64,000 nucleotides of DNA from Thainema sp. (GCA_052168235.1 JBQLZK010000007.1:1-64000), one strand, 5' to 3'; numbered from the stretch's first letter, positions 33,201 to 43,118 are shown. Numbers and translations: made by a program. Notes: a model not told the origin generated them from the sequence alone.

Positions 33201-33623
33201 CCAGAACCTTGTGCTAGCGGTAGCGCTCATTTCAAATTTGCGCCTTCTCGTACTGTCGTTGCGAATTATGCAGAACTGCTCAACAGCACTGCTTTGGCAG
33301 ACTTAGCTACAACTGATCTGTTCTGGGATGAAATTGTCTCCATTGAACCCGCTGATGAAGAGATGGTTTATGACCTGACGGTTCCAGAAACCTCATCTTG
33401 GCTAGCGGATGGACTTGTCTCTCACAACTCAGGTGCGATTGAGCAAGATGCAGACCTGATCATGATGCTGTATCGAGAAGAATATTACGATCCAGATACC
33501 CCCGATCGCGGTATTGCCGAGGTAATCATTACCAAGCACCGGAATGGCCCAGTCGGCACCGTGCGCTTGCTATTTGAGCCGCAGTTTACGCTGTTCCGTA
33601 ATCTGGCTGCGAGTCGGAGTTAA
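30270..33623 (+). CDS. dnaB: Replicative DNA helicase with two inteins
   Basis: [52 protein letters not shown]; likely start MVQEPKF (upstream ATG at 30168). Confidence 0.97.
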   Translation: MVQEPKFQTYLDRLPPQNIDAEEAILGGILLDPEAITRVMEILRPDAFYISGHQQIYKAMLALHGQGRPTDLMSLTAWLKDQNQLEKVGGQSRLAQLVDRTVSAVNIDQYAALVMDKAIRRKMIQIGGEVAQMGYEGDVPLEQILDLAEQKVFSITQDRPTQGLTSTSDILTDTFADIEGRATGMVMPGISCGFYDLDAMTQGFQRSDLIIAAGRPSMGKCLSYDAEILLADGSIKTIAEIYAVQQANLLTLDNHWRFQLTQPSAYVDDGVKPVFKVRTRSGRTIETTLSHPYLTIQGWQPLANMQVGQKIAVPRSLPVFGQDVWPEHQVKLLAYLIGDGCLTGTSPQFTNQNSQLQEEFTNAALQFPGIKVRLETSQGQRTPTLYVTSDDEQVQQQRLAFGQALRQQLQLAGKTGRWLAEQLDVAPSLVTHWLQGGCAPSLETFNQLCTLLDVSPTHLAPNGFAAIRWMSPNSLTVWLQEQGLWGKSAHHKTVPDGVFKLVRSQLALFLNRLFATDGWATVLTSGQAQLGFASVSEKLARQVQHLLLRFGIIARLKARQVKYLDGQRPAWQLDITDANSIKTFISEIGIFGKEPAIATVQSALMNRRYQTNRDLIPVEIWDVLQTAKGTESWKSLATRAGLQGTSNIHVGQRALSRDRLFALATVLEHRELQDIATSDVYWDEIVAIEPQGEKQVYDLTIPETHNFVANDICVHNTSFVLNIARNIAAFHKLPVAVYSLEMSKEQLVYRMLSSEVQIESGRLRAGRISQNEWEPLGHGISGLSQLPIFIDDTPNISVTEMRSKARRLQAESGGALGLILIDYLQLMEGSGDNRVQELSKITRSLKGMARELNVPVIALSQLSRGVESRTNKRPMMSDLRECVTGDTLVVLADGRRMPIQELVGTTPEVISMDAKGKLVKAESDLVWAVGRKPIYELKTRSGKVLRATAQHRLYTLDGWQRLQDLKLGHRIAVARQLPEPCASGSAHFKFAPSRTVVANYAELLNSTALADLATTDLFWDEIVSIEPADEEMVYDLTVPETSSWLADGLVSHNSGAIEQDADLIMMLYREEYYDPDTPDRGIAEVIITKHRNGPVGTVRLLFEPQFTLFRNLAASRS
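30930..32417 (+). mobile_element. DnaB intein 1 (496 aa) in the P-loop, with LAGLIDADG homing endonuclease
   Basis: [15 protein letters not shown]...TLSHPY...LLAYLIGDG...[10 protein letters not shown]...[13 protein letters not shown]. Confidence 0.95.
32913..33428 (+). mobile_element. DnaB intein 2 (172-aa mini-intein)
   Basis: [12 protein letters not shown]...TAQHRL...[30 protein letters not shown]; no endonuclease motifs. Confidence 0.95.
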
Positions 33624-33662
33624 TCGCAGTTGCAATGAAGCCAACATAAGCGAGGCTTAGCG

Positions 33663-34118
33663 ATGGTGAAAGGTACAGAGGTTAATCAGTTCAACCTATA
33701 CCATGCCGACTATCTCAAGTGGATTGAGGCAACAGTTGAGCAGTTGCAGCGTCGCGACTACGCCAGCGTTGACTGGGAGAATGTGATTGAGGAATTTAAG
33801 GAGATGGCGCGACGGGATCGCCAAGCTTTGGAGAGCAATCTCGTCGTGGTTTTGACGCATTTGCTGAAGTGGCAGTATCAGCCTCAACATCGCAGCGGTA
33901 GCTGGCATGGCAGCACCGTTGAACATCGCAGACGAATTCGCAAACTCCTGCGCGATTCTCCCAGCCTTAAGCCTTACCTAACAGAGGTATTTGCCGAATG
34001 CTATGCCGATGCGGTGGAGCAGACCAGCGCGGAAACGGAATTGTTCGCCGATACGTTTCCAGAATCCTGTCCATATTCGGTTGTAGACGTTTTAGACTCC
34101 AGATTTTTACCAAGCTGA
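33663..34118 (+). CDS. DUF29 family protein
   Basis: LYHADYLKW...VDWENVIEE...HLLKWQYQP...FPESCPY. Confidence 0.93.
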   Translation: MVKGTEVNQFNLYHADYLKWIEATVEQLQRRDYASVDWENVIEEFKEMARRDRQALESNLVVVLTHLLKWQYQPQHRSGSWHGSTVEHRRRIRKLLRDSPSLKPYLTEVFAECYADAVEQTSAETELFADTFPESCPYSVVDVLDSRFLPS

Positions 34119-34133
34119 TTACTTCGATGTAAT

Positions 34134-34187
34134 GAGGTTTATTTTTGTGAGAGGCTGCGTTCTGCGCGGCTTCTCACGAAATAGCCT
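34134..34187. repeat. Imperfect hairpin between convergent genes
   Basis: AGGTTTATTTTTGTGAGAGGCTGCG...CGCGGCTTCTCACGAAATAGCCT. Confidence 0.6.
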
Positions 34188-34200
34188 TTCGAACTGAGAA

Positions 34201-35727
34201 CTACTGCATACGGTCAATCGTGCGGTATTGAATTGCTTCCGCGACGTGGTGTGCTTGGAGATCTGCTACGCCTTCCAAATCAGCAATTGTGCGGGAAACC
34301 TTGAGAATGCGATCGGTGGCACGGGCAGAGAGACCAAGTTTGCGAATCGCATTTTCCAGTAGTGTGCGAGACGTATCATCAAGGGCACACCACTTGCGGA
34401 TGTGACGGCTCTGCATTTCGGCGTTGCACTGGATCGGTTCATCCTGAAATCGCTGACGGGTGAGATCGCGGGCGGCCTGAACGCGATCGCGTATGGGTCG
34501 TGAGGGTTCACCTTGGGGTTGCTGGGTCATTTCCTCCGGTTTTAAACGATTGACCATCACCTGCAAGTCAATCCGATCCATCAGCGGCCCGGACAGCTTG
34601 GCCCAGTATTGCTCTCGACCGCGTGGTGTACAGGTACAAGCCTGCACCGTATCACCAAAGTAGCCGCAGGGACAGGGGTTGGTGCTGGCAATCAGGGTAA
34701 ACTGGGCCGGAAACTGGACAGTTTGGCGAGTGCGGGAAATTGTCACCATGCCGTCTTCTAGTGGCTGGCGCAGGAATTCCAATACGTCTCGCTTAAACTC
34801 GGTCAGCTCATCCAGAAACAGCACCCCACGATGGGCCAGAGAAATCTCACCCGGTTTAGGAAAGCTGCCGCCACCAACGAGGGAAGGGCCAGAGGCCGAG
34901 TGGTGCGGACTGCGAAAGGGTCGCTGACTGACCAAGCTGCCGCGATCGCGCAATAAACCCGCTACGGAATGCACCTGGGTCACCTCCAGCGCTTCAGCAA
35001 AGTTGAGCGGTGGCAAGATCCCCGGTAAGCGCCGCGCCAGCATGGTTTTACCGCTCCCAGGAGGACCGACAAATATTAAATTATGACCTCCGGCAGCGGC
35101 AATTTCGAGCGCTCGTCTCGCTTGAGCTTGACCTTTGACATCTTTCAAGTCGAGAACATTGAGTTGCGATCGCACCAGCTCTTTTTCGCCATCCAGTTGA
35201 ATCGGCTGATGCTGATGGGGATTATTCAGTAAATCGGCCACGTCTGAGAGGTGTTTGCAGCCGTATACGTCTAAGCCTTTAACCACAGCAGCTTCCAGGG
35301 CATTATCTTTGGGTACCACTAACCCTTTGATACCGAGTTGTTTCGCGGTAGCTGCGATCGCAAGTACGCCTGCCACAGGTCGCAAGCTGCCGTCAAGGGA
35401 GAGTTCACCCAGAAACAGGTAATCACCGAGTAGGAGCGGACTGACCTGTTCAGAAGCGGCAAGAACGGCGACGCTGATCGGCAAATCAAAGCTGGGGCCT
35501 TCTTTACGCAAGTCGGCAGGGGTAAGGTTAATTACAATCTTCCGCATCGGGAAGACGTAACCGGAATTCTTGAGTGCGGCTTTGACTCGTTCGCGGGCTT
35601 CTTGAACGGCGGTATCGGGTAGGCCAACGACGACGATGCCAGGGAGTCCACCGGATACGTCCACTTCTACGCCAACTTTAACGGCCTCAATCCCAATCAG
35701 CGATGCGCTCCACGTTCTAGCCAGCAT
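34201..35727 (-). CDS. comM: YifB/ComM Mg-chelatase-like AAA+ ATPase
   Basis: VGLPDTAVQEARERV, GPPGSGKTM, FRSPHHSAS, NPCPCG, SGPLMDRID. Confidence 0.95.
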   Translation of the reverse strand: MLARTWSASLIGIEAVKVGVEVDVSGGLPGIVVVGLPDTAVQEARERVKAALKNSGYVFPMRKIVINLTPADLRKEGPSFDLPISVAVLAASEQVSPLLLGDYLFLGELSLDGSLRPVAGVLAIAATAKQLGIKGLVVPKDNALEAAVVKGLDVYGCKHLSDVADLLNNPHQHQPIQLDGEKELVRSQLNVLDLKDVKGQAQARRALEIAAAGGHNLIFVGPPGSGKTMLARRLPGILPPLNFAEALEVTQVHSVAGLLRDRGSLVSQRPFRSPHHSASGPSLVGGGSFPKPGEISLAHRGVLFLDELTEFKRDVLEFLRQPLEDGMVTISRTRQTVQFPAQFTLIASTNPCPCGYFGDTVQACTCTPRGREQYWAKLSGPLMDRIDLQVMVNRLKPEEMTQQPQGEPSRPIRDRVQAARDLTRQRFQDEPIQCNAEMQSRHIRKWCALDDTSRTLLENAIRKLGLSARATDRILKVSRTIADLEGVADLQAHHVAEAIQYRTIDRMQ

Positions 35728-35894
35728 AGATTTTTAGACACCCTGTTAATGACGCGAGAGTGGTCAACCGCTCGCAATTTGCTCTTTTAGTAGAGTGCCC
35801 TACTGGTGTGGGGAAGCAACAGCCAAATCTGTTTCTATAGTTGATTCGAGTGCAACATATTTTATAGCCATCTTGCAAGAAACCTTAGAAGATC

Positions 35895-36272
35895 TCACGA
35901 TTTATTTTCTTGACGAAGAATATCTTTAATTGCTTTAGCATCTTTCAAAGCTTGCTTGCTTTTGCTGATGTAATTATTTAGACAGTTATCTTCATAATCT
36001 GCATCGTTTCGACTTCCTCTAAGACGACCAAGCCACTCTCCTGCACGTTGAAGTTCCCTATTACTACTGCTCTGCAAACTGGTAATCACATCACGATGGA
36101 CATTAGCATCTTTGTTTTGCATACCTAAGTGGCTTCTAGCCACACAAAAAGCAGAATAATAAGCTCTACTTATTGATGAGCGAGCTTTTGCTTCTCGTCT
36201 TTCTTCCTTTTTTTGGCTATCTAGAAATAATTCATTGGCCACTTCAAGATAGTCGTCCCAATCAAATTTCAT
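35895..36272 (-). CDS. HEPN domain protein (putative RNase toxin)
   Basis: FDWDDYL, RSSISRAYYSAF, H..V...L, LR..RNDADY; low GC. Confidence 0.85.
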   Translation of the reverse strand: MKFDWDDYLEVANELFLDSQKKEERREAKARSSISRAYYSAFCVARSHLGMQNKDANVHRDVITSLQSSSNRELQRAGEWLGRLRGSRNDADYEDNCLNNYISKSKQALKDAKAIKDILRQENKS

Positions 36273-36906
36273 GGAATTCTAAATCTATTGAAACCACTTG
36301 TCTAATCTCAAAAGGAACATCTAACCACCACTGTTCATCTAGCTCATCTAGCTTACATAAATACTTATCAAACTTTTCGCAATCTGGATCAGTAGTTACT
36401 TGAACAGGAATTTTAATCCATAATTTTTCCCATGCCTGAACTTCAGGATCTACTACATGTTCTAACTGCAAACGGATATTTGGGAAAAAAGATCTTATTT
36501 TTGTTTTGGCATCAATCAAAAAACCAACAAGTTTAGCCTCTCTTGAGACAAAATCAAAGATCTCAGTGGCATTTATCAAATTAAAATTTTGGCTTATAAT
36601 CTCATGAATTCTCGTCGATTTATTATAGACAGGTTCTTCTAATAGAATATTTAGCTTATTTGAGAAAACCTCTAAATCTTCTGATTTATAGCTCAGAGAG
36701 AACAAAGATAGTCTCTCTATACTTCGCGCAGTGTAAAAAGCTTCCAAAATTCGTGATACTGTATCGTGAGAGGATGCCGTTACTGACCTTGACATCAAGC
36801 CTGACTTACTTCTATACTTGGTCACTTTGGAAATATTTGTCACTTTTTTGCTGTCATCTTGCTTCCCAAAATCGGGTTTACTACCAATTGTATATTTCCT
36901 ATTCAT
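36262..36906 (-). CDS. Hypothetical protein overlapping the HEPN gene (candidate antitoxin)
   Basis: C-terminal FFP...L.LE.V.DPE...L.I.I...LDELDEQWW...IDLEF; 11-nt overlap with HEPN start; GAGG RBS. Confidence 0.75.
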   Translation of the reverse strand: MNRKYTIGSKPDFGKQDDSKKVTNISKVTKYRSKSGLMSRSVTASSHDTVSRILEAFYTARSIERLSLFSLSYKSEDLEVFSNKLNILLEEPVYNKSTRIHEIISQNFNLINATEIFDFVSREAKLVGFLIDAKTKIRSFFPNIRLQLEHVVDPEVQAWEKLWIKIPVQVTTDPDCEKFDKYLCKLDELDEQWWLDVPFEIRQVVSIDLEFHEI

Positions 36907-36919
36907 AGATCATGCCTCA

Positions 36920-37618
36920 CTAATCTTCTGCCTTAGAATCAGATCTGTCTGAAACGAGTAGAATATGCGAATCTTTCAAATAATTTTCCAGTGCAAACTC
37001 TTTAGCTTCTGCCTGATCAATAGCTTCTCTAAGAATCTGTAAATCATTGAAGTCAAGTGCTAAGAATATCTCTTTGGCAGATTCAAAGTCCCTATATTCA
37101 ATTTTTAGCGAATGTACAATGATAGCTTTATCGAAATGGTATGATTTCCCACCAGAGAAAATAGGTCTTATATCAGTTGTTATATTTACATCTGTCATCA
37201 ACCGCTCATTTTCCAAGGCGGCTTTAATGGATTTCACCGATATGTCAATACTTTCTCCATGCTTTAATATCAGTGATAATCTTTCTTTGAAAATTTGCAC
37301 ATATTCACCTGCATTCTCATAATTAAGAAAGACAGATTTAGCAGCAGTATCAACCCAGAAATTATCATCTGTTTCACCTTGGCTACTAGAAAAAATATTA
37401 TCTTTCGCTGCAAAAAATGCGATCACAGAATCTAAGATTATTTGAGCTTCTCCTATATCCAATTCAGAATCATCGAGATCTTCAACGGTGATTTGGGGAG
37501 AGCGAAATCCTGGACTTAATTTTTTTATAGAAGAAAGTAAATCGTTAAATTCTGATTCAGTTATTGAAGCTAGTTTTTCGAAACCTGCCTTATGTTGATC
37601 CGGAATCCTAAAAGTCAT
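36920..37618 (-). CDS. Hypothetical protein, possible COMM-like fold
   Basis: Helical N-terminus then LMTDVNITTDIRPIF...IIVHSLKIEY...EIFLALDFNDLQILREAIDQAEAK; start MTFRIP. Confidence 0.75.
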   Translation of the reverse strand: MTFRIPDQHKAGFEKLASITESEFNDLLSSIKKLSPGFRSPQITVEDLDDSELDIGEAQIILDSVIAFFAAKDNIFSSSQGETDDNFWVDTAAKSVFLNYENAGEYVQIFKERLSLILKHGESIDISVKSIKAALENERLMTDVNITTDIRPIFSGGKSYHFDKAIIVHSLKIEYRDFESAKEIFLALDFNDLQILREAIDQAEAKEFALENYLKDSHILLVSDRSDSKAED

Positions 37619-37815
37619 AGCTAAAGTAAGCTTAATAATTGGTTTGTATACTATATATAGAGGTTTGGTGGGACTAAAAACGCTACTCGTAGTATGAGAC
37701 TTCAATTTTTGCTAATGCTTATGAAGCTAACATCTAGCCTAACCTACCAGTCAATTTTTTGAGAATAAATAAATGTCGTTTATCCTGCAAAGGAGATTCA
37801 GTAGAGACGTAAACC

Positions 37816-38385
37816 ATGTCCATCTCATCACGGATGCAAGCCGTTCAGTCGCCAATTATTCCCATTGTGGGAGAACTTATTCGGCAGCATCCCGGCACCA
37901 TTTCATTGGGCCAAGGTGTTGTCTCCTATCCGCCGCCGCCCGAAAGCATCGCCATGCTGACTAGCTTTGCTGCCGATCCGGCGAACCATCTCTACAAAGC
38001 CGTTAAGGGGATTCCGCCGCTGCTGGAGGTGATTCGCGCCAAGCTGGAAACCGATAACGGCATCGAGCTGACTGACGATCAGCGCATTGTCGCCACCGCA
38101 GGCAGCAACATGGCCTTTATGAATGTGGTACTAGCCATCACCTCACCTGGCAATGAAATTATTCTGCAAACGCCTTACTATTTCAATCATGAAATGGCGA
38201 TCGCAGTTTCTGGATGTGAAGCGATCTGTGTACTCACCGATGATCAGTATCACTTGAGATTGGATGCGATCGCATAAGCCATCACGCCCCAAACCAAAGC
38301 GGATGAAGCCTATGAGTACTTCACCTACGATGAAGTGCCCCGCATTTCTCCCGGTCGGACGGCCAACAGTCAAGAACACATATCT
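37816..38385 (+). pseudogene. Class I/II PLP aminotransferase remnant
   Basis: ISLGQG, TAGSNMAF, PYYFNH; TAA at 38275-38277; continues AITPQTKA|DEAYEYF with the PNNPTG segment absent; no PLP-lysine region. Confidence 0.85.
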
Positions 38386-39928
38386 AATGTCCCGCCATTT
38401 TTTGACCAATCTCGTTTAGATCGGCATCGTGAATCGTACTTTCGTAGACGAATTCGCCTTCGCTGATTACCACTAGCCGATCCGCCAGGGTTAGCAATTC
38501 ATCCAAATCTTCACTGACCAGCAGCACAGCCACACCGCGATTTCGCGCTTCCACAATCGAGTGGTGAATAAAATCAACCGCTGAAAAATCTAGACCAAAG
38601 CAGGGATTCGCCGCAATCAGCAACTGGATGTCCTCTGACGATAACTCCCGCGCCAGTACCGTCCGCTGCACGTTGCCACCAGACAGATTACCCACGGGAG
38701 TATCCGGCGATGGCGTCTTTACTGAAAAAGTTTGAATTAAGCCCGTCGCCATTTCCCGAATCACCCGCCAAATCAGCCAGCCCGCTTTCGACTGGGGCGG
38801 ACGGTCAAACGTTCGCAGCGCCATGTTCTCAGCCACACTCATGTGCGGCACACAGGCATTGCGTAGTGGTTCCTCCGGCAGGGCAAACACTCGATGGCGG
38901 AACATCTCTTCACGAGTTGCACCATAGGATTCACCGTTGACCAGCACTTCGCCTTTCGTTTGCGATCGCTGTCCCGACAGTACCTCCACTAACTCCTTTT
39001 GACCATTACCGGATACGCCCGCAATGCCGACAATTTCGCCAGCATGTACCGTTAAATTAATATCTGCGATCGCAGGTAAACCATTTTCTTTATTGGCGCA
39101 AAGATGGCGAATCTCCAGCACAGGCTTTTGCTCAGCTTGATCTGCTTTGGGAACGCTCTTAGTTTCACGCTCCTCGCCTAGCATCATCTGCGCCATATCT
39201 TCAATACTGAGATTCTTGACAATGCCCTGACCCGCTAGCGTACCGCGTCGCAGCACCGTCACCTCATCCGTGAAGGCCATCACTTCCCGAAACTTGTGAG
39301 TAATCAGCAACACGCTCAGCTTGCCAGCGGTGACTTCTTCTCGGATTAGCCCCAGCACCTCATCGGCTTCACCGGGAGTCAGTACCGAAGTAGGTTCATC
39401 CAAAATTAGAATTCGACTTTTCAGGTAAAGCTGCTTGAGAATTTCCAGCTTTTGCTTTTGGCCGGCAGCAAGTTGGCCGACGGGCGTTTTCAGATCAACC
39501 TGAAACGGTGACGACGCCATGAACGCTTCCAGCGCTTCGTACTCCTGCTTCCAGTTAATAATCGTGCTGGTGTCGTAGCGCGAGAGGACTAAATTTTCCG
39601 CCACGGTCATAGCCGGGACAGAGGTAAAGTGCTGATACACCATGCCGATGCCGTGCTCATGGGCATCTTTGGGACTGCGGATCGTTTTGGCCTGCTGGTT
39701 GACTTTGATCTCGCCAGACGTCGGACTGTAAAAGCCCATGACGCATTTCACCAGCGTACTTTTGCCGGCTCCGTTTTCGCCTAGCAGAGCATGAAACGTA
39801 CCGGGCTTTAACGTCATCGACACCTGATCGAGTGCGACCAAACTGCCAAACCGCTTGGTCATATTGACAATTTCTAATTCCGGTGGAGCGTCAATTTGAA
39901 TAGCCTGTTGAAGGGTTACGGTATCCAT
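38384..39928 (-). CDS. ABC transporter ATPase, tandem-domain (CUT2/nucleoside type)
   Basis: GENGAGKSTL, ILDEPT, GVSGNGQ, LSGGNVQ, VSEDLDE. Confidence 0.93.
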   Translation of the reverse strand: MDTVTLQQAIQIDAPPELEIVNMTKRFGSLVALDQVSMTLKPGTFHALLGENGAGKSTLVKCVMGFYSPTSGEIKVNQQAKTIRSPKDAHEHGIGMVYQHFTSVPAMTVAENLVLSRYDTSTIINWKQEYEALEAFMASSPFQVDLKTPVGQLAAGQKQKLEILKQLYLKSRILILDEPTSVLTPGEADEVLGLIREEVTAGKLSVLLITHKFREVMAFTDEVTVLRRGTLAGQGIVKNLSIEDMAQMMLGEERETKSVPKADQAEQKPVLEIRHLCANKENGLPAIADINLTVHAGEIVGIAGVSGNGQKELVEVLSGQRSQTKGEVLVNGESYGATREEMFRHRVFALPEEPLRNACVPHMSVAENMALRTFDRPPQSKAGWLIWRVIREMATGLIQTFSVKTPSPDTPVGNLSGGNVQRTVLARELSSEDIQLLIAANPCFGLDFSAVDFIHHSIVEARNRGVAVLLVSEDLDELLTLADRLVVISEGEFVYESTIHDADLNEIGQKMAGH

Positions 39929-39936
39929 ATCTTTCC

Positions 39937-40617
39937 CTAGATGATCGCCTCAATCAGATCGGTGGACTCTGCCACAGCACCAAAAACGCCACCCTGCATC
40001 TTAACCATTTTTAGCGCCGCTAAATGATTACCATAATCAGTTGCGCCCGTGCAGTCTGATAACAGCAAACATTCGTAGCCCCGGTCGTTGGCATCACGCA
40101 TGGTGGTGTGGACGCAAACATCGGTTGTAATGCCCGTCAGAATCAGGTTTTGAATGCCCCGACGATGCAGGACTAAATCCAGATCGGTCGCATAAAACGA
40201 CCCTTTACCCGGTTTATCAATTACGACTTCTCCCTCTAGCGGAGCCAGTTCGGGAATAATCTCCCAGCCCGGTTCGCCCCGCACCAAAATGCGACCGCAG
40301 GGGCCCGGATCGCCAATGCCCGCTCCAATTTTTTGGCTGCGCCAGCGCTTATTCGCAGGCAAATCGGCCAAGTCCGGACGATGACCTTCGCGGGTATGAA
40401 TAATAAAATAGCCCTGCTGCCGCATCAGGCTGAGCACCGTTTTAATCGGGCCAATCGGCGCACGGGTGAGAGACAGGTCATAGCCCATTTGATCGACATA
40501 GCCACCCAGACCACAAAAATCGGTCTGCATATCAATAATAATTAGGGCCGTATTCTCAGGGCGCAAATTACCGTTATAGGGATAAGGATACGGATCAGCG
40601 TTAACGTAGCGTTCCAT
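39937..40617 (-). CDS. biuH: Biuret amidohydrolase (isochorismatase-like cysteine hydrolase)
   Basis: [52 protein letters not shown] closely match BiuH as recalled. Confidence 0.85.
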   Translation of the reverse strand: MERYVNADPYPYPYNGNLRPENTALIIIDMQTDFCGLGGYVDQMGYDLSLTRAPIGPIKTVLSLMRQQGYFIIHTREGHRPDLADLPANKRWRSQKIGAGIGDPGPCGRILVRGEPGWEIIPELAPLEGEVVIDKPGKGSFYATDLDLVLHRRGIQNLILTGITTDVCVHTTMRDANDRGYECLLLSDCTGATDYGNHLAALKMVKMQGGVFGAVAESTDLIEAII

Positions 40618-40768
40618 GCGTTACTTTTGGAATTGCGTTTGATTGTATAGCGACCCATAGCATTTCTCCCCAAATCAAAAGAGTTATCCACAAACTATTT
40701 TTAGATTTACTGCCTCATTTTTAGTCAGAAGTGCTATAGTTTTCGGGTTGTCTCGTAGACAGTGCATA

Positions 40769-41188
40769 ATGGCACCAACGGCGGAGGAACTGTTTAATTC
40801 CGGTTTAGAGCGGTATCAGGCGGGCGAAGATGCCCAGGAATTGATTCCCGTGTTCAAAGAGGTGTGCGATCGCGCCCCTAAAAACAGTCCGGCATGGACC
40901 TGTTTATCCTGGCTGTATTTGCTAACGGATAAGCCAAACGCGGCCTATAAAGCAGCTCAGCGAGCCGTCAAGCTCAACCCTCAAGATCCCCAAGCGCGAA
41001 TCAATCTGGCGATGGCGATGCTGGAAGCAGGGCAGAAGGGTGTGCGCCAGCATGTGGATACAGCAGGTCAAATTCTGAGCATGGTGCCAGAGCTGCAGGA
41101 GGAAATTGCCCACAATTTTGAAGATGGATTAAGACGTAAACCCGATTGGCCGAGCCTACAGCGTGTTCAAAGCTGGTTAGTTGGCTAG
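40769..41188 (+). CDS. TPR-like protein
   Basis: AWTCLSWLYLL...AQRAVKLNPQDPQARINLAMA. Confidence 0.85.
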   Translation: MAPTAEELFNSGLERYQAGEDAQELIPVFKEVCDRAPKNSPAWTCLSWLYLLTDKPNAAYKAAQRAVKLNPQDPQARINLAMAMLEAGQKGVRQHVDTAGQILSMVPELQEEIAHNFEDGLRRKPDWPSLQRVQSWLVG

Positions 41189-41383
41189 CCCTTGCAATCC
41201 CACAAAGCGTGTCAGGTCAGTCGTTTCCGGTAATAAATCTGGCCTGAACTTTACGATACGCAAAATTTACTTAAATAACTTCATGAGATATCCGAAAATC
41301 TAATGATAAGATTTGGTGAACAAAGAGATGAGGTTTCCTTTTAACTCGTCTTAAACTTGTTAATCTTATGGGGTTAGGTCATT

Positions 41384-41581
41384 ATGGTCATTAAAAATAT
41401 CGACGGCGTCGAAATCAAACCCGACACCAGAAATCACAAAGGCTTCTTTATTCAAGAAGGCTCATACAAATTAGTTAGCATCGACGAATCCGGATGGGCA
41501 CTAATTTGTGTGGATGACGCGACTTGCCACTATGTGGATCCAGATAATTTGCAGCTCCCACCCGATTCGGAGATTGTCTAA
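41384..41581 (+). CDS. Small hypothetical protein (65 aa)
   Basis: Clean ORF in a gene-sized gap followed by a terminator; beta-rich pattern. Confidence 0.65.
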   Translation: MVIKNIDGVEIKPDTRNHKGFFIQEGSYKLVSIDESGWALICVDDATCHYVDPDNLQLPPDSEIV

Positions 41582-41670
41582 GGTTCGTTTGCGACGACAG
41601 CTTACCTAGACTTTATTTATTTCCACAGTGTGGCTATCTCGTTCAGCAGATAGCCATATTTTTTGTTTAA

Positions 41671-41711
41671 AAGCGCCAATGGTCACCGTAATACGGTGGC
41701 CATTGGCGCTT
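41671..41711. terminator. Hairpin between convergent genes
   Basis: AAGCGCCAATGGTCACCGTA-a-TACGGTGGCCATTGGCGCTT. Confidence 0.75.
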
Positions 41712-41717
41712 TGTCCA

Positions 41718-42617
41718 CTAAGACCACAGGCTGAGCTGTGTAGGCGTTTCAGCTTCGACTTGATTCCACGGCAGGGGCGGCACGGGTACGGCATGGCGTT
41801 CGAGTTCTGCCTGGAGATAACGTGCGATCGCAGGTGATTGCACCTCCACCGGACAGTGAGCAAAGAAATAGATGCGGGTTCCCTGCTGAAGCTGAGCGGC
41901 AATCCAATCCACCCAAGCGGCCAGATAATCGCGATTGCGGTCAAACTCCGGATGACTGATATACCGCACCAGGCTGAAGGGAGCCGTCACGACAGGCTGG
42001 TGCGGCACGGCAGGTTTGCGCCGTTGCGAAAACTGCTGTGGATTGTCGTCACACTCATAAACGGGCCGAGTATCCAGCAGCACGCGACCCATCCCCAAAT
42101 CAGCTAACATCCGGTTTAACTGCTCCCGATACGGAGGTTTAAACCAGTCCGAATGCCGCACTTCCAGCGCCAGTTCTGCCTGGTCATGGGGCCATGCTTT
42201 CAGAAACGCCGCCAGATCAGCCAGCAGCGCCGGATTGTAGCTAGGCGGAAGCTGAGCAAAAAATGGCCCAGTGCGATCGCGCAGGGGTGCCATATGCTCC
42301 AAAAACGTAGTAATAGCCGGAATCATTGGCTCCAACAGGCCCGCATGGGTAATGCTCTTCGGCAATTTGGGACAAATGTGAAAACCCGCTGGAGTTTGCT
42401 CCACCCAGCGCTCCTGCGTTGCCTGATCGGGCAGCGCGTAAAAAATGGTATTTCCTTCAACCGCCGTTAATCGCCGACTGTAGAGAGACAAAAAATCTCG
42501 GCTCTGGCTACCCGACGGAAACAGCTCCCCAACCCACTCTTTGTAGCCCCATAGGGCACAGCCAAGCAAGAATTGGGATGTGGGCTGAATGAATGATCGA
42601 GACGAATGACGGCCCAT
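41718..42617 (-). CDS. DUF72 family protein
   Basis: LGCALW...VEGNTIFY, FAQLPP, ALEVRH. Confidence 0.93.
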   Translation of the reverse strand: MGRHSSRSFIQPTSQFLLGCALWGYKEWVGELFPSGSQSRDFLSLYSRRLTAVEGNTIFYALPDQATQERWVEQTPAGFHICPKLPKSITHAGLLEPMIPAITTFLEHMAPLRDRTGPFFAQLPPSYNPALLADLAAFLKAWPHDQAELALEVRHSDWFKPPYREQLNRMLADLGMGRVLLDTRPVYECDDNPQQFSQRRKPAVPHQPVVTAPFSLVRYISHPEFDRNRDYLAAWVDWIAAQLQQGTRIYFFAHCPVEVQSPAIARYLQAELERHAVPVPPLPWNQVEAETPTQLSLWS

Positions 42618-43030
42618 TATTTCTGGCTGGCAATGCTGTAGAGTTCGGCATGCATGAACGCAATATCAGGATCGCGCTGGATGGCATGGTAGTAGCGCTG
42701 TTCATTCGCCGTACCATTTTCGTCTGCATGCAGGAGCGATCGCGCTTCGTTAATCAGCTCATTGGCCTGATCAAGGGTCGCTGGATCGCCTTTATTGCTG
42801 AGTAACTCGTCAATTTGGACAATAAACTGCGAAAATGGTCGCAGCCAGCTAAACCACTCGTCTCCGACAACGAGTTGGAAAAATTCGCCTCTATTTCTAA
42901 TTTGGCCGTGCTCCTGTTCATAAGCAACACGCTCGGACTCTAGTAAGGCTTTGTGCAAACGCAGCAAACCATTTCGCAGTTCACGTAAACGATGAAACGG
43001 ACGATCAAGAGAAGAATCAGCGGCAGACAT
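42617..43030 (-). CDS. Hypothetical helical protein
   Basis: LLRLHKALLESER...WLRPFS..IVQIDE; TAATG-coupled to DUF72 gene. Confidence 0.85.
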   Translation of the reverse strand: MSAADSSLDRPFHRLRELRNGLLRLHKALLESERVAYEQEHGQIRNRGEFFQLVVGDEWFSWLRPFSQFIVQIDELLSNKGDPATLDQANELINEARSLLHADENGTANEQRYYHAIQRDPDIAFMHAELYSIASQK

Positions 43031-43118
43031 CAGTTACTCAACAGTTAATGAACATCATCAAATTACTGTCTCCTATCTTGTCACATCCTTTCATATATAG
43101 CGGTTTGCAACCGCATCA

